Part shown: positions 18,034 to 26,728 of the stretch, in pieces
How the letters are laid out: each line of letters opens with the position of its first letter
Numbering within the stretch: position 1 is the first letter of the stretch
Notes under the pieces: generated by a model
Database searches by the model: none
What the model saw: only the letters and a program-made list of their open reading frames with translations
Told to the model about the DNA's origin: nothing
Position numbers and translations under genes: made by a program
IMG/VR virus record: IMGVR_UViG_3300045988_134806
Span: 1 to 64,000 of that record
Origin: a virus
Direction: 5' to 3' (one strand)
DNA length: 64,000 nt

Positions 18034-19173
18034 ATGGCAAAGCTCCGTACCACCGACGTTCTCAAACTTCCCGACGGCTTCCACGCCGACGAAAACGGAC
18101 TGTACTTATATGTGCGTGGAAACTCCCGCACTTGGGTCTATCGAGGGACCGTAAGAGGAAAGAGAGTTAAACGAGGTTTAGGTTCTGCCAAACTCATTTC
18201 TCTTGCTCAAGCGCGCCAAAAGGCTTTGGAGTTCAAACAAGCCGGAGTTCAGGAAACGGTAAAGAGCGTAAAGTTCCAAGACTTCTATTTAGACGCCGTG
18301 GAACACGCAGCCAAACTGAAGCAGTGGAAAAACAAAAAGTCAAAGTCTCAGTGGATCAGTACGATTAAAACCTACGCGCTCCCCGTGATCGGAGCCAAGT
18401 CGGTTAAGTCGGTCACTTCCGAGGACATCCGCAAGATCATCGACCCCATTTATGAAACCAAGACGGAAACCGCTTCTCGGCTGGTCGGAAGACTAAAGAA
18501 TGTTTTCGACTATGCGCAAGTCTGCGGACTGCATCAGGGGCCTAACCCTGCAATGTGGGTCGGAAACCTCGATCAGTTCTTTGCCCCGAAAGCAAAAGTG
18601 GCCCCGGTCAAGCACCACAAGTCGCTATCTTGGAGGGAGCTGCCGGTTGTGTTTAAGGCTCTTTGGGAAACCGGAGGAGTTGGAGCCCTGTCCGTTATGT
18701 TCGGGGCGCTTACTGCTTCCAGAGTAAATGAATTTGTGCCTGCTCAGTGGAGCGAGATAGACATAGAAAATAAGGTGTGGACGATGCCCGCCGGGCGAAG
18801 GAAAGACCAGAAGCTCTTTCCTCACAGAGTGCCGTTAAACGACAAAACTTTAATGGTTCTCGACAGGCTGCCGACGAGAGAAGGGAATATGTTCCCCGCA
18901 TGGAGCGGGCCGAAGCATCAAAATAAGGAAACACCTCGGAAGACACTACATGACTTGGGGCTCGATGTGACGATGCACGGGATGCGCTCCACGTTCAGAG
19001 ACTGGGCGGCAGAGACCGGGCAGGATTACGCGGCAAGTGAGAAGGCGCTTTCTCATGCAGTGGGGACTGAAGTGACCCAAGCCTACCTTAGAACAGATAT
19101 GCTCGAGAAGCGCCGAGGGATTATGCAGGCTTGGGCCGACTGGTGTTTCAGTGAAATTTCAAAGAGCAGCTAA
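18034..19173 (+). CDS. int: tyrosine integrase (P4-like, with N-terminal arm-binding domain)
   Basis: N-terminus LPDGFHADENGLYLYVRGNSRTWVYRG is a DUF4102-type arm-binding domain. Catalytic region has HGMRSTFRDWAAE and AYLRTD (Tyr). ATG at 18034 is preferred over the track TTG at 18019. Confidence 0.9.
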   Translation: MAKLRTTDVLKLPDGFHADENGLYLYVRGNSRTWVYRGTVRGKRVKRGLGSAKLISLAQARQKALEFKQAGVQETVKSVKFQDFYLDAVEHAAKLKQWKNKKSKSQWISTIKTYALPVIGAKSVKSVTSEDIRKIIDPIYETKTETASRLVGRLKNVFDYAQVCGLHQGPNPAMWVGNLDQFFAPKAKVAPVKHHKSLSWRELPVVFKALWETGGVGALSVMFGALTASRVNEFVPAQWSEIDIENKVWTMPAGRRKDQKLFPHRVPLNDKTLMVLDRLPTREGNMFPAWSGPKHQNKETPRKTLHDLGLDVTMHGMRSTFRDWAAETGQDYAASEKALSHAVGTEVTQAYLRTDMLEKRRGIMQAWADWCFSEISKSS

Positions 19174-19701
19174 CTCAGAGAGAATCTTTTCTCGCTCGAT
19201 CTGAAGGTCGAGCATTCTGAGCCGGGCTTCGAGTTCTTTTCGTCTCTCGCTGGTGTTCTGACTGCGTTGTACCTCGCAAACTTCCGTAAGCACAGGTTCA
19301 TTACGTTCATCGGGTTCTTCCACGGGGATAGTCTCTTTAGCTGCTTCCAAGAAAGTTTCCGCCGTCGGGGGCGCTCCATGGATTCTTGCATACTCTCCGC
19401 GTTTGATAAGCTCCTCGTAGGTAAAAGCATAGTAAGTCAGATAGGGGTAGTAGACCGACGGATCAGTGTCGAGCTCTTCAGAGTAATAATTGCCGAGGTA
19501 GATATTGGTTGCTCTCTGCCCAAATCTAACAAAGGTACTTAGTGTCTTCTTTCCGATGCGAAGGTATATTCCAGTACCGCCGCCAAAACTTATCAGCACC
19601 TGAGTAGGTTTTTTAGATTCCGGTATTTCGAGGTAATTCTTAATGGCTTGGTCAATTTGACTTTGTGTGCGCAATGGCACCCTGCTATAATAAGCTCTCA
19701 T
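19159..19701 (-). CDS. hypothetical protein with integrase-arm-domain-like N-terminus (candidate directionality factor)
   Basis: GGGTGIYLRIGKKTLSTFVRFG resembles the integrase segment NGLYLYVRGNSRTWVYRG. C-terminal coiled coil. Converges on int and overlaps it by 15 nt. Confidence 0.55.
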   Translation of the reverse strand: MRAYYSRVPLRTQSQIDQAIKNYLEIPESKKPTQVLISFGGGTGIYLRIGKKTLSTFVRFGQRATNIYLGNYYSEELDTDPSVYYPYLTYYAFTYEELIKRGEYARIHGAPPTAETFLEAAKETIPVEEPDERNEPVLTEVCEVQRSQNTSERRKELEARLRMLDLQIEREKILSELAAL

Positions 19702-19726
19702 AACAATCTCACAGTTTTATCGACAT

Positions 19727-19754
19727 AGGGGTCCTCACAGGCCCCTTTCTTTTT
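19727..19754 (+). terminator. plus-strand rho-independent terminator downstream of int
   Basis: AGGGGTC-ctcaca-GGCCCCT followed by ttcttttt. The T-run is on the plus strand only. Confidence 0.5.
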
Positions 19755-19971
19755 ACATAGAAGCTAAGCGCTCAGCGGCGTTTTTCTTGGCAACGAGCTT
19801 TTGGCAAATGCCTTCGAGAAGAGCGTTGATGTCTTCTTCAAAATAAAGCTTGTCTTTGCCTAAACCCATCGTGCCGGTAATCTTGCCCTCGTCTTCAAGG
19901 CGCTTGAACGTGGAAAGGGAGATGCGAAGCATCTCCATCGCTTCCTTTCTTGTGACAAGCTTCTTAGGCAT
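19753..19971 (-). CDS. excisionase/AlpA-like helix-turn-helix DNA-binding protein
   Basis: 72 aa. TRKEAMEMLRISLSTFKRLEDEGKI resembles MerR/AlpA/Xis-type HTH. Located near int. Confidence 0.6.
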   Translation of the reverse strand: MPKKLVTRKEAMEMLRISLSTFKRLEDEGKITGTMGLGKDKLYFEEDINALLEGICQKLVAKKNAAERLASM

Positions 19972-19972
19972 G

Positions 19973-20407
19973 TTATTTCCTCTCTAAACGTTTGATTTCA
20001 AAATTCACGACGGTCTCTAAGTTCTGCCAGAAAGTCTTTGGCTGGTCGCCCGGATCTTCGTGGGGCCTTTCATCGTTAATTTCCACGCCCGGGTAATACG
20101 CAGCGCGGATCAGATCGTTGTCGATGTTCTCGCAGAACAAACGGAAAAGACGGCCGTCGATAAGCCACATTTCCTCTCTGTCGTTGAGGTACCAAGCGGC
20201 TTTCTTGAGATCGAGAAGCTTGGACTCTTTCTCCGTCTTCCCCGGATAGAGCTTCTTGCCAGCGCGTAAGATGTACTTCAGCGCGTTGCCCTGCGGGTAA
20301 GCGAGGAATCTGAAAACCACATGGGGTTCGATCCAAAAACGGTTTTCAACATAGTGCTTCGGGTGGTTAACTTCGTCGTATTTTTCCACGGTTATTCTCC
20401 TTAACAA
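19973..20407 (-). CDS. DUF3310-family protein
   Basis: VNHPKHY near the N-terminus, plus GNALKYILRAGKK and DLKKAAWYL, which are characteristic of DUF3310. Confidence 0.7.
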   Translation of the reverse strand: MLRRITVEKYDEVNHPKHYVENRFWIEPHVVFRFLAYPQGNALKYILRAGKKLYPGKTEKESKLLDLKKAAWYLNDREEMWLIDGRLFRLFCENIDNDLIRAAYYPGVEINDERPHEDPGDQPKTFWQNLETVVNFEIKRLERK

Positions 20408-20676
20408 GTGACTTCATATTCTTTGATGTAGTGGTCAAACGGGTTCTCCCGAGGCTCCTTAGATGGAGCAGGAGCAAAGACCAGACGTGTCATTGACGGC
20501 TTCAGGTCTCCGAGCATTCCTATAAAGTCCTTGAAGTCGTTCACGGGGATCTCTTGCACGAGGTCGGGGCTTCCTTTTATTCTCACTGTCAAGACGACAT
20601 TTTTAGAACCCGCTTGGACAGAGATCGAAAGCTCCATATTGTCTACAGCTAATTCGATTGCTTTTCTTGTCGGCAT
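20401..20676 (-). CDS. hypothetical protein (91 aa)
   Basis: ORF in the operon with short overlaps on both sides. No motif. Confidence 0.55.
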   Translation of the reverse strand: MPTRKAIELAVDNMELSISVQAGSKNVVLTVRIKGSPDLVQEIPVNDFKDFIGMLGDLKPSMTRLVFAPAPSKEPRENPFDHYIKEYEVTC

Positions 20677-20915
20677 TTCATTTCCTCTAAAAGTTTTGGG
20701 ATTGCTTCATAAAGTTCTTCGAGCTGCTCTGCGGTTAAGTAGACGAATTGAGAAGCGAAACAAGCCCTTCCTCCGTCTACATCGACCACGAAGAGATCAG
20801 GCTCGTGAAGAAATTTCTTCCCGTTGTCTTCATCAGGGATGAAGATAGAGAACGAGCCCCCGTCTTCATACTTGCTGGAATCTTTCCAGCTGAAGTAATC
20901 ATTTCCCTTCGACAT
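20649..20915 (-). CDS. hypothetical protein (88 aa)
   Basis: Internal ATG at 20915 (MSKGNDYFSW..) is preferred over the track start at 20954 because it shortens the overlap with the upstream gene. Confidence 0.5.
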   Translation of the reverse strand: MSKGNDYFSWKDSSKYEDGGSFSIFIPDEDNGKKFLHEPDLFVVDVDGGRACFASQFVYLTAEQLEELYEAIPKLLEEMKCRQEKQSN

Positions 20916-21261
20916 ATTTCTTCTCTTCTTCGATCCGCTTGAGCTGGCGTTCAACCTTGGCCTTCATGTTTTCTTCAAGCAGTGCCTCAAACTCCGGTGT
21001 TACAGAAGCGAAGTATTCAAACTGTTTGACAAGCACAAACACATCGGCCATCTCTTTGATGGAATCCTTGGAAGCGATGTCCCACTTGTGGTCGAAGTGC
21101 CCTTTGGCTTCTTCGTGCTCCACGGCTAACTGGGAATAAACAACGTTCTTCAGGGTGGCAGCAGAAAACTCAGCAGCCTCTTCGGCAAACTTAATCATTT
21201 GCACGTTCGGGCCGTAGTGTTTGGCGATGGTTTCAATATCAGTTTTCAGTTTCGAGTCCAT
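20899..21261 (-). CDS. MazG-like nucleotide pyrophosphohydrolase
   Basis: Acidic motifs KFAEEAAEFSAA and KEMADVFVLV resemble the EExxE..D pattern of all-alpha NTP pyrophosphatases. Start taken at ATG 21261. Confidence 0.6.
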   Translation of the reverse strand: MDSKLKTDIETIAKHYGPNVQMIKFAEEAAEFSAATLKNVVYSQLAVEHEEAKGHFDHKWDIASKDSIKEMADVFVLVKQFEYFASVTPEFEALLEENMKAKVERQLKRIEEEKKYVEGK

Positions 21262-21574
21262 GTTTGTAACCTTTGAAAAATTCGCCGACATAAGGGGCTC
21301 CGAGTTCTACGAGTTTGTCGGCACGGAGCTCGTAGATATGTCCGTTGCTTTTGCTTTCTCTGGTATGGCGGGTAACCAGTCCGGATTCAACCAGTTGTTG
21401 CACCGCTCTGCTGAAGGTTTGTCTGGGAAAATTTCCTCTTGCCACCAACTGCCCGGCAGATACTCTCATTTGAAGGTTCACCGAGTAGAGAAAGAAGAAA
21501 AGCAAAATTCTTGTACTTGGAGAAAAGGGTGTCTCACTTAGACACCACTCCGGTAATGTGTTGATGACTGTCAT
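21239..21574 (-). CDS. winged-helix DNA-binding protein
   Basis: RVSAGQLVARGNFPRQTFSRAVQQLVESGLVTRH resembles a MarR/wHTH recognition unit. Confidence 0.5.
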   Translation of the reverse strand: MTVINTLPEWCLSETPFSPSTRILLFFFLYSVNLQMRVSAGQLVARGNFPRQTFSRAVQQLVESGLVTRHTRESKSNGHIYELRADKLVELGAPYVGEFFKGYKHGLETEN

Positions 21575-21820
21575 TTAAAAGCCCTGGTACATGCGAATGG
21601 CCGTGAGCCCGCTTGGCAGAAGGGCCGTTAGCGCAAAAAGTCCAAGCGCCCAGAAAAACGCTATGGTTACTGCTCTTTTTTGGCTAGATGAGGTAGCGTC
21701 AGCGGAACCGGCGATTGAGATAACAAGAAAGAAAGCCGCCACAGCGCCCAAACAAATTCTGATTGCAGAAGCGCTTCCCGCGTAGTAAGCGAGCCACCAA
21801 GGAAGATTGATTTCTGTCAT
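21575..21820 (-). CDS. small membrane protein (2-3 TM)
   Basis: Three hydrophobic stretches, including ICLGAVAAFFLVISIAG and FFWALGLFALTALL. Confidence 0.55.
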   Translation of the reverse strand: MTEINLPWWLAYYAGSASAIRICLGAVAAFFLVISIAGSADATSSSQKRAVTIAFFWALGLFALTALLPSGLTAIRMYQGF

Positions 21821-21821
21821 G

Positions 21822-22172
21822 TCATTCCTCTTTCAATTTCTTTTGAACATATTGGTCGGCCCATTGGAGAGCCCCCTTGGAAATGCTTTGAACCTCAACG
21901 TTGTTAACGACCGCAGGTATTAGGATCATCGCAGCAACTGTTTTTTGGCTCGGAACCAATATCTTTCCTGTTAGAAAAACTAATGAAGACGTGGTTGCGA
22001 TGAGAAACCATTTAATAAAGGTTCTTTTGCCTCTTTCGTCGAAGTCTCCGGTAATTAGGCTAAATGCTGTAACCCCGGCAGCACATGCGCAGAAAACAGA
22101 AATCGCTTCAAAAGCACCCCTGATCGGATCGAGAATGCTTAGAAGGTAAATATCTAATGGTGTTATTTCCAT
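21822..22172 (-). CDS. membrane protein (about 3 TM)
   Basis: Hydrophobic segments AISVFCACAAGVTAFSLI, FIKWFLIATTSSLVFL and VAAMILIPAVV. Confidence 0.55.
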   Translation of the reverse strand: MEITPLDIYLLSILDPIRGAFEAISVFCACAAGVTAFSLITGDFDERGKRTFIKWFLIATTSSLVFLTGKILVPSQKTVAAMILIPAVVNNVEVQSISKGALQWADQYVQKKLKEE

Positions 22173-22181
22173 CTTTCCCTC

Positions 22182-23084
22182 CTAAACTGCCACGGGGGCT
22201 TTGATTGCCGGGTGATACTTGTAGTTGTAGACAGTGATGTCTTCGAACTCGTAGTCCCACGGATACTCGTGCTGACGGCCGAACTGAATGAACGCTTGCT
22301 GCGGGTAGGGAGAGCGGGAAAGCTGGAGCTTTGCCTGCTCGATGTGGTTCTCGTAGATGTGAACGTCACCGCCTGTCCAAACGAACTCACCCGGCTTAAC
22401 ACCCAGACAGTCAGCAAAAATGGCTGTCAAGATGGCGTAAGAAGTAATATTGAAGGGGAGCCCTAAAAACGCATCACAGCTTCTTTGGTAGAGTTGGCAG
22501 GAAAGCTCCTCGTTGTTGTTCAAGTAAAACTGGAACAGGCAGTGACATGGTGGAAGCGCCATCTGAGGCAGCTGAAGAGGGTTCCACGCCACAACCAAGT
22601 GACGGCGGGATGTCGGGTTTGTCTTAAGACTTTCAAACACTCGCCGGATCTGGTCGGCAGACTCCGTCATAGAAAACTTTGCTCTTTCGTCCTCGTCGTA
22701 ATACATGCCGGAACGCAAGACTTCGCCCGTCTTTATCTTTCCCTTCTTGGTACGGATCGTGGCAACCGTTCCAGCAGCAGAGAAGTCTCGGAACTGAGCT
22801 CCATAGATGGGTCCAAGGTCGCCGTCTTCACGCGCCCATTCATTCCAAATAGTGACTCCTCTTTCTTTAAGGTACTCGTTGTTGGTCTTGCCTTTGAGCA
22901 TCCACAGAAGCTCGTGGATGACGGACTTCAGATGGACACGTTTCGTGGTAACAATCGGGAGATACTTGCGCATATCAAAGCGCATTTGGTACCCGAAGAT
23001 GGCTCGGGTACCGACGCCTGTGCGGTCGTCTCTGTGTTCACCTTCCTTGAGGATTTTGTCTAAGAGTTCTAAGTATTGTTTCAT
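22182..23084 (-). CDS. thyA: thymidylate synthase (ThyA type)
   Basis: MKQYLELLDKILKEGEHRDDRTGVGT, catalytic LPPCHCLFQFY, and DAFLGLPFNITSYA (Asn at the dUMP-specifying position). Confidence 0.9.
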   Translation of the reverse strand: MKQYLELLDKILKEGEHRDDRTGVGTRAIFGYQMRFDMRKYLPIVTTKRVHLKSVIHELLWMLKGKTNNEYLKERGVTIWNEWAREDGDLGPIYGAQFRDFSAAGTVATIRTKKGKIKTGEVLRSGMYYDEDERAKFSMTESADQIRRVFESLKTNPTSRRHLVVAWNPLQLPQMALPPCHCLFQFYLNNNEELSCQLYQRSCDAFLGLPFNITSYAILTAIFADCLGVKPGEFVWTGGDVHIYENHIEQAKLQLSRSPYPQQAFIQFGRQHEYPWDYEFEDITVYNYKYHPAIKAPVAV

Positions 23085-23087
23085 TTT

Positions 23088-23267
23088 TTAGCCGAAGTTG
23101 ATGGTGTAAATCAATGCGATAACAAATGTCAGAGTCACGATGAGAATGGAGAAAGCCATTCCCCCTTTAGTACGTGCAACGGCGAGTATTGCTAAATACA
23201 TCATTAAGCCGCCTATGCATGTGGCTAACCGCACAAACTCAATAGTGGTTTTTAAAAGAAGTTCCAT
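23088..23267 (-). CDS. small membrane protein (59 aa, 2 TM); below the track size cut-off
   Basis: Translates as MELLLKTTIEFVRLATCIGGLMMYLAILAVARTKGGMAFSILIVTLTFVIALIYTINFG. Lies between the tRNA-like gene and thyA. Confidence 0.45.
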   Translation of the reverse strand: MELLLKTTIEFVRLATCIGGLMMYLAILAVARTKGGMAFSILIVTLTFVIALIYTINFG

Positions 23268-23281
23268 AGTTATCCTTAAAG

Positions 23282-23374
23282 TGCGAGGGGAGAGATTCGA
23301 ACTCTCAATGCCGATCTGATCGTGCTTCGATTCACGCCATGTCGTCGGTGTTTCGCCTTCCTAACAGCCCTCGC
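23282..23374 (-). tRNA. tRNA-like gene (93 nt, no encoded CCA), anticodon not assignable
   Basis: Minus-strand RNA has 5' GCGAGGG pairing 7/7 with 3' CCCTCGC, discriminator A, and a canonical T-arm GAGAG-TTCGAAT-CTCTC. A D-arm-like GTT-AGGAAGGCGA-AAC is present. No 5-7-5 anticodon arm can be drawn. Confidence 0.55.
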
Positions 23375-23749
23375 TTAAATTCCCAAGGCGGAGAATGGAG
23401 AAGGATTCTGATTTCGCTTCATCTCGTCGATGGTCTTTTGAATCCTCGCCAAATCTGCCTGTCTGCGGCGGAGTCTTTTTGCCTCTTTAATCCTTTCCTC
23501 AAGGGCATACTCCGCGTCTTTTCGTTTAATCAGTTCTACTTTTTTCTCGTATGTGTGGAGAGTTGAAAAAGCAATTTCCTTTTTCATGTAATCCAAGAGC
23601 ACTTCGACGTTGGCTGCGAGCTCTATCAACCCCGGCTCCCGCAGCCAATTCAATCTGGCGTCGGTCGGAATCAGATCCCTAATCACTCCCAGATACTCTC
23701 TGATTTCCGAGTTACTTGGTTCCGGTGAGCTTGATGTCGTCTCTGTCAT
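23375..23749 (-). CDS. hypothetical coiled-coil protein (124 aa)
   Basis: ATG at 23749 (MTETTSS..) avoids the long overlap with the primase gene. Its TAA stop abuts the tRNA-like 5' end. Confidence 0.55.
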   Translation of the reverse strand: MTETTSSSPEPSNSEIREYLGVIRDLIPTDARLNWLREPGLIELAANVEVLLDYMKKEIAFSTLHTYEKKVELIKRKDAEYALEERIKEAKRLRRRQADLARIQKTIDEMKRNQNPSPFSALGI

Positions 23750-26666
23750 CCAAAAGCCTCTTAAGGGTGAACCAGTCGCACCGGATCTGTGTCTTTGCCA
23801 GCTTAGGAATACCACGAGTAATCGTGGCCTTCTCGTTCTTCTTCCAAAGAAGACCCATCTGGAAAAGATCAGCTTCGAGCTTCTTAAGATCATGGCGGTT
23901 AGCCAAGCACCATTGGTTAAGCATTTTTCGGTCCACGATGAAGAGACCAATATTCACATCCTGAATACTCTTATCACCGACAATCATCCGAGCGATGTAT
24001 TTCTTCAGCGGAACTCTGTCTGCGTCATCAGGCGGAACCTCTTCATAACGACGAGTAGCAAGAATTTGCTCGCTATTGTCCTGAATAAACGAGAAGAGAA
24101 TTTCGTCGGCGGTCATCTCATTAGTTTCTTTAGATGCCACGCAGAGACTGATTACAGCTTCTTTGGCGAACTCAATCAGTTCTTTGATGTCGAACTTGCA
24201 AACTCCCAAATCCCGCATGATCTTTGCCGCCGTGATCGTCGTGACCATGTGCCAGCGGTAGAAGCGGTATTTCGGCTCCACACCTAAGAACTTGTTATCC
24301 ATGATCTCTTTCAGAGTGTCCGCCATCATCTGTCTGACATGTGTCAGATTGTCCATGATGTAGCTGATGTACAAGGGTCCTACAACACCCGAGTTGGCCT
24401 CCATCTTGGAAAGCGCTGCGGTCACTTCCAGCGGGTCAAGTGTGGGGATACCGTAGTTGTCCACACGGATCTCGAAGATACGCATGGCCTCAGCATCCGA
24501 TGTGCCGTTCTGAGAGAGACGGTCAATCAAACAAGAGTTGCCGGTCAGACCCACCTGAGTACACCAAGTGGCCGTGTCCGCGAAACCCACGCCGCCCACG
24601 TCTTTATTGACCTGCAAGCGGTTGCGGTCGCCTCCGTTGGAAACCACATAGGCGAGATTGGAGAGTTCGCCTGATTTAATGTTGGTAATCTCGTCGATCA
24701 GGATCGGCAGAGACTGCATGACACCAAGGAACGCAGTTCTTGCGTTCGGCGTAGCGCCTTGCTCACCCTTAATCGTCATCTTCTCAGCGTTGCCGAAAGC
24801 GTAGAGCCCGGCGGTAAAAGCCGATGTTTTGCCTCGGCCGGATGTCACACCGGTCAGAGCACACGGGATGCCTTTGTAAAGAGCGTCTTCCACGAGGCCT
24901 GCAAGCGGAGCGCCCCAGAGGGAGGCAATCGCATACTGCATCGGCTCCATGCCTTTACGAGCGTAGATGGAGTTGAGCGCCTCGGCGTACTTCATAGGAT
25001 CGCCCTCAGCCCCTACCTTAAAGAGCGCTGCCTTGGTTCTGGCATGTCCTCTTAAGACCACCTTGGCATCGACCTCGTGGGGTTTGTAGAGCTTCTCTCC
25101 GAGTAAGAACGCCTGCTTATCGTCTTGCCAACCGAAGCTCGTGAACGAGCGGGTCAGATCGACAGTGCGGCGCAGTGAGTTCATTGAATCTCTCAGATAG
25201 CCTGTCATCACTTGTTCACTTCCTTTATTCGTTGAAGGAGCAATTTCGTTTTTTCCTAACTCTTGCAGCAGGGTCACACCGCCAACCGAGATCGCTTTAC
25301 AAGAAACATAAAACTCTCTCTTTGCTCCGAAGGGTTCGTAGAGCACAGCTTTGCAGACGTAAGAGCCGTCGATCTCCCGAATGCGGGAGACGAGGTAGAA
25401 GCGGTAGGGCGTGAACGGAAACGCAGTTTCTCCGTCTTTGCTCTTAAGCACTTTGACCATCACTTCGTTCTGAGAGTCCCAGAAGTAGCCCTCCGGGTGT
25501 ACCTCATTAGTGAGCGGCAGTGCCGGTCTTTCTTCCTCGGGAACTTCCAGAGGAGGTTCCTCGACGGGTTCCACGACCACGCGGCCCGCAGTCAGCGGAG
25601 TTGCACACTTGTTCTTGCAGTCCTTGCAAAGTTCAGGACAGAGTGACCTAAAAGTTTCGCACTTGGTAGGCGCAGAGTTCCACGTGTCAAAACGAGTAGC
25701 AACGTCTGTGTTGGAGTGCCCCGTTTCGGATCTTTTGGCAGACCACTTAAACGCGGTTTCTCTACCATCCTTGCAGAACGTCAAAATGCCTATGGCGCTC
25801 CGCCAAGCGTCGTAACTCAGATCGCCTTGCGTCTCTCTGAACCGGTGCATCACCTGACAGTTGTCGGCAACTTTGTTCGCGTCGTACTCGTAGTTGTCAG
25901 AAAAATGGCTTAATTCCGAGTTGTCCGCTGAGTTGCCGAGCAAGTATGAAGGTAATTCACCTAGTTCAAACTCTTCTCCGGTGAGAGACGCAAGGACGGT
26001 CTTAACTTTCTCTCTGAAATCAGTAGGGGAAACCGGCATGTAGGGCACGCCCGTCCACTTAACTTCCTTGCTGCTTTCGTACTTCCTGTTATGTGTCCCC
26101 ACAGGGCGCAGAATCGAAGCTGAATCCGCTGTCCGGCTGGGGTCCGTAATAATGCCAAGCTCGCTAAAGAGTCTCTTTAGGAGCAGTGCGGTTTGTGTCC
26201 ATTGCGAAGCCTCAATCTCTTCCGTCAGCACCCAGTAAGCGTGAACTCCGTAGCCGGAGCTAATTACCAAGGGCATTGGCAGGTCTGTCTTCTCTTTAAA
26301 TGCCAGAAGTGCCTTAACCGCATCTTTCTGCGTGGCGTAGCCAATTCCTTTCTCTGCCTTGTCCTGACCACAATCTAGGTCAAGCCAAAACGACTTACAG
26401 TATGCCGCGTTCCTTTGGGATCGGGAAAACTTTTCTCCGGGAGCCGGTTTCTTATAACTTGCACAAGCGTGGTAGACCGTTCTTGCTGCATCCAGTTGTA
26501 CGATTTTTTCAGACATCTGTTCAAGCGTTTCACATTGGAAATGCTCGAAAATCAAACGAGGCTTTTCACCTTCGTCGGCAACGTTCCTCGGAGCTGCAAT
26601 GACATACAAACCGTTTCGGGGCAGAACGGCCCTCAAAAATTCGATTGTATTCATTGAGAACCTCAA
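23712..26666 (-). CDS. DNA primase/polymerase-helicase fusion (prim-pol N-terminus, SF3/D5-like helicase C-terminus)
   Basis: 984 aa. Cys cluster CPELCKDCKNKC. Walker A GVTSGRGKTS and Walker B LPILIDEIT in the C-terminal half. Sits in the replication module. Confidence 0.8.
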   Translation of the reverse strand: MRFSMNTIEFLRAVLPRNGLYVIAAPRNVADEGEKPRLIFEHFQCETLEQMSEKIVQLDAARTVYHACASYKKPAPGEKFSRSQRNAAYCKSFWLDLDCGQDKAEKGIGYATQKDAVKALLAFKEKTDLPMPLVISSGYGVHAYWVLTEEIEASQWTQTALLLKRLFSELGIITDPSRTADSASILRPVGTHNRKYESSKEVKWTGVPYMPVSPTDFREKVKTVLASLTGEEFELGELPSYLLGNSADNSELSHFSDNYEYDANKVADNCQVMHRFRETQGDLSYDAWRSAIGILTFCKDGRETAFKWSAKRSETGHSNTDVATRFDTWNSAPTKCETFRSLCPELCKDCKNKCATPLTAGRVVVEPVEEPPLEVPEEERPALPLTNEVHPEGYFWDSQNEVMVKVLKSKDGETAFPFTPYRFYLVSRIREIDGSYVCKAVLYEPFGAKREFYVSCKAISVGGVTLLQELGKNEIAPSTNKGSEQVMTGYLRDSMNSLRRTVDLTRSFTSFGWQDDKQAFLLGEKLYKPHEVDAKVVLRGHARTKAALFKVGAEGDPMKYAEALNSIYARKGMEPMQYAIASLWGAPLAGLVEDALYKGIPCALTGVTSGRGKTSAFTAGLYAFGNAEKMTIKGEQGATPNARTAFLGVMQSLPILIDEITNIKSGELSNLAYVVSNGGDRNRLQVNKDVGGVGFADTATWCTQVGLTGNSCLIDRLSQNGTSDAEAMRIFEIRVDNYGIPTLDPLEVTAALSKMEANSGVVGPLYISYIMDNLTHVRQMMADTLKEIMDNKFLGVEPKYRFYRWHMVTTITAAKIMRDLGVCKFDIKELIEFAKEAVISLCVASKETNEMTADEILFSFIQDNSEQILATRRYEEVPPDDADRVPLKKYIARMIVGDKSIQDVNIGLFIVDRKMLNQWCLANRHDLKKLEADLFQMGLLWKKNEKATITRGIPKLAKTQIRCDWFTLKRLLDDRDDIKLTGTK

Positions 26667-26728
26667 AAATTTGGCCCGGTTTTTGTCCAGAACCGGGAAA
26701 CTGGCTTACCTTCGGCCTAACGGAGGTA

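Noticed and set aside
17919-18170. Small ORFs (60-75 aa) on both strands across the att/int-start region
   Set aside because: They overlap each other and the int start, lack RBSs, and sit in repeat-rich AT-rich DNA that is better explained as regulatory.
22653-22784. ~34-aa insertion in ThyA relative to the E. coli-type enzyme (between ..AQFRD and ..DQIRRVF)
   Set aside because: It falls at the known variable small-domain site where Lactobacillus casei-type thymidylate synthases carry a ~50-residue insert. The catalytic motifs are intact, so it is not evidence of a novel activity.
23282-23374. The tRNA-like element as the attP core
   Set aside because: It lies about 4 kb from int, inside the leftward operon, with both acceptor strands present. 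The repeat-rich non-coding region directly upstream of int is the better attP candidate.
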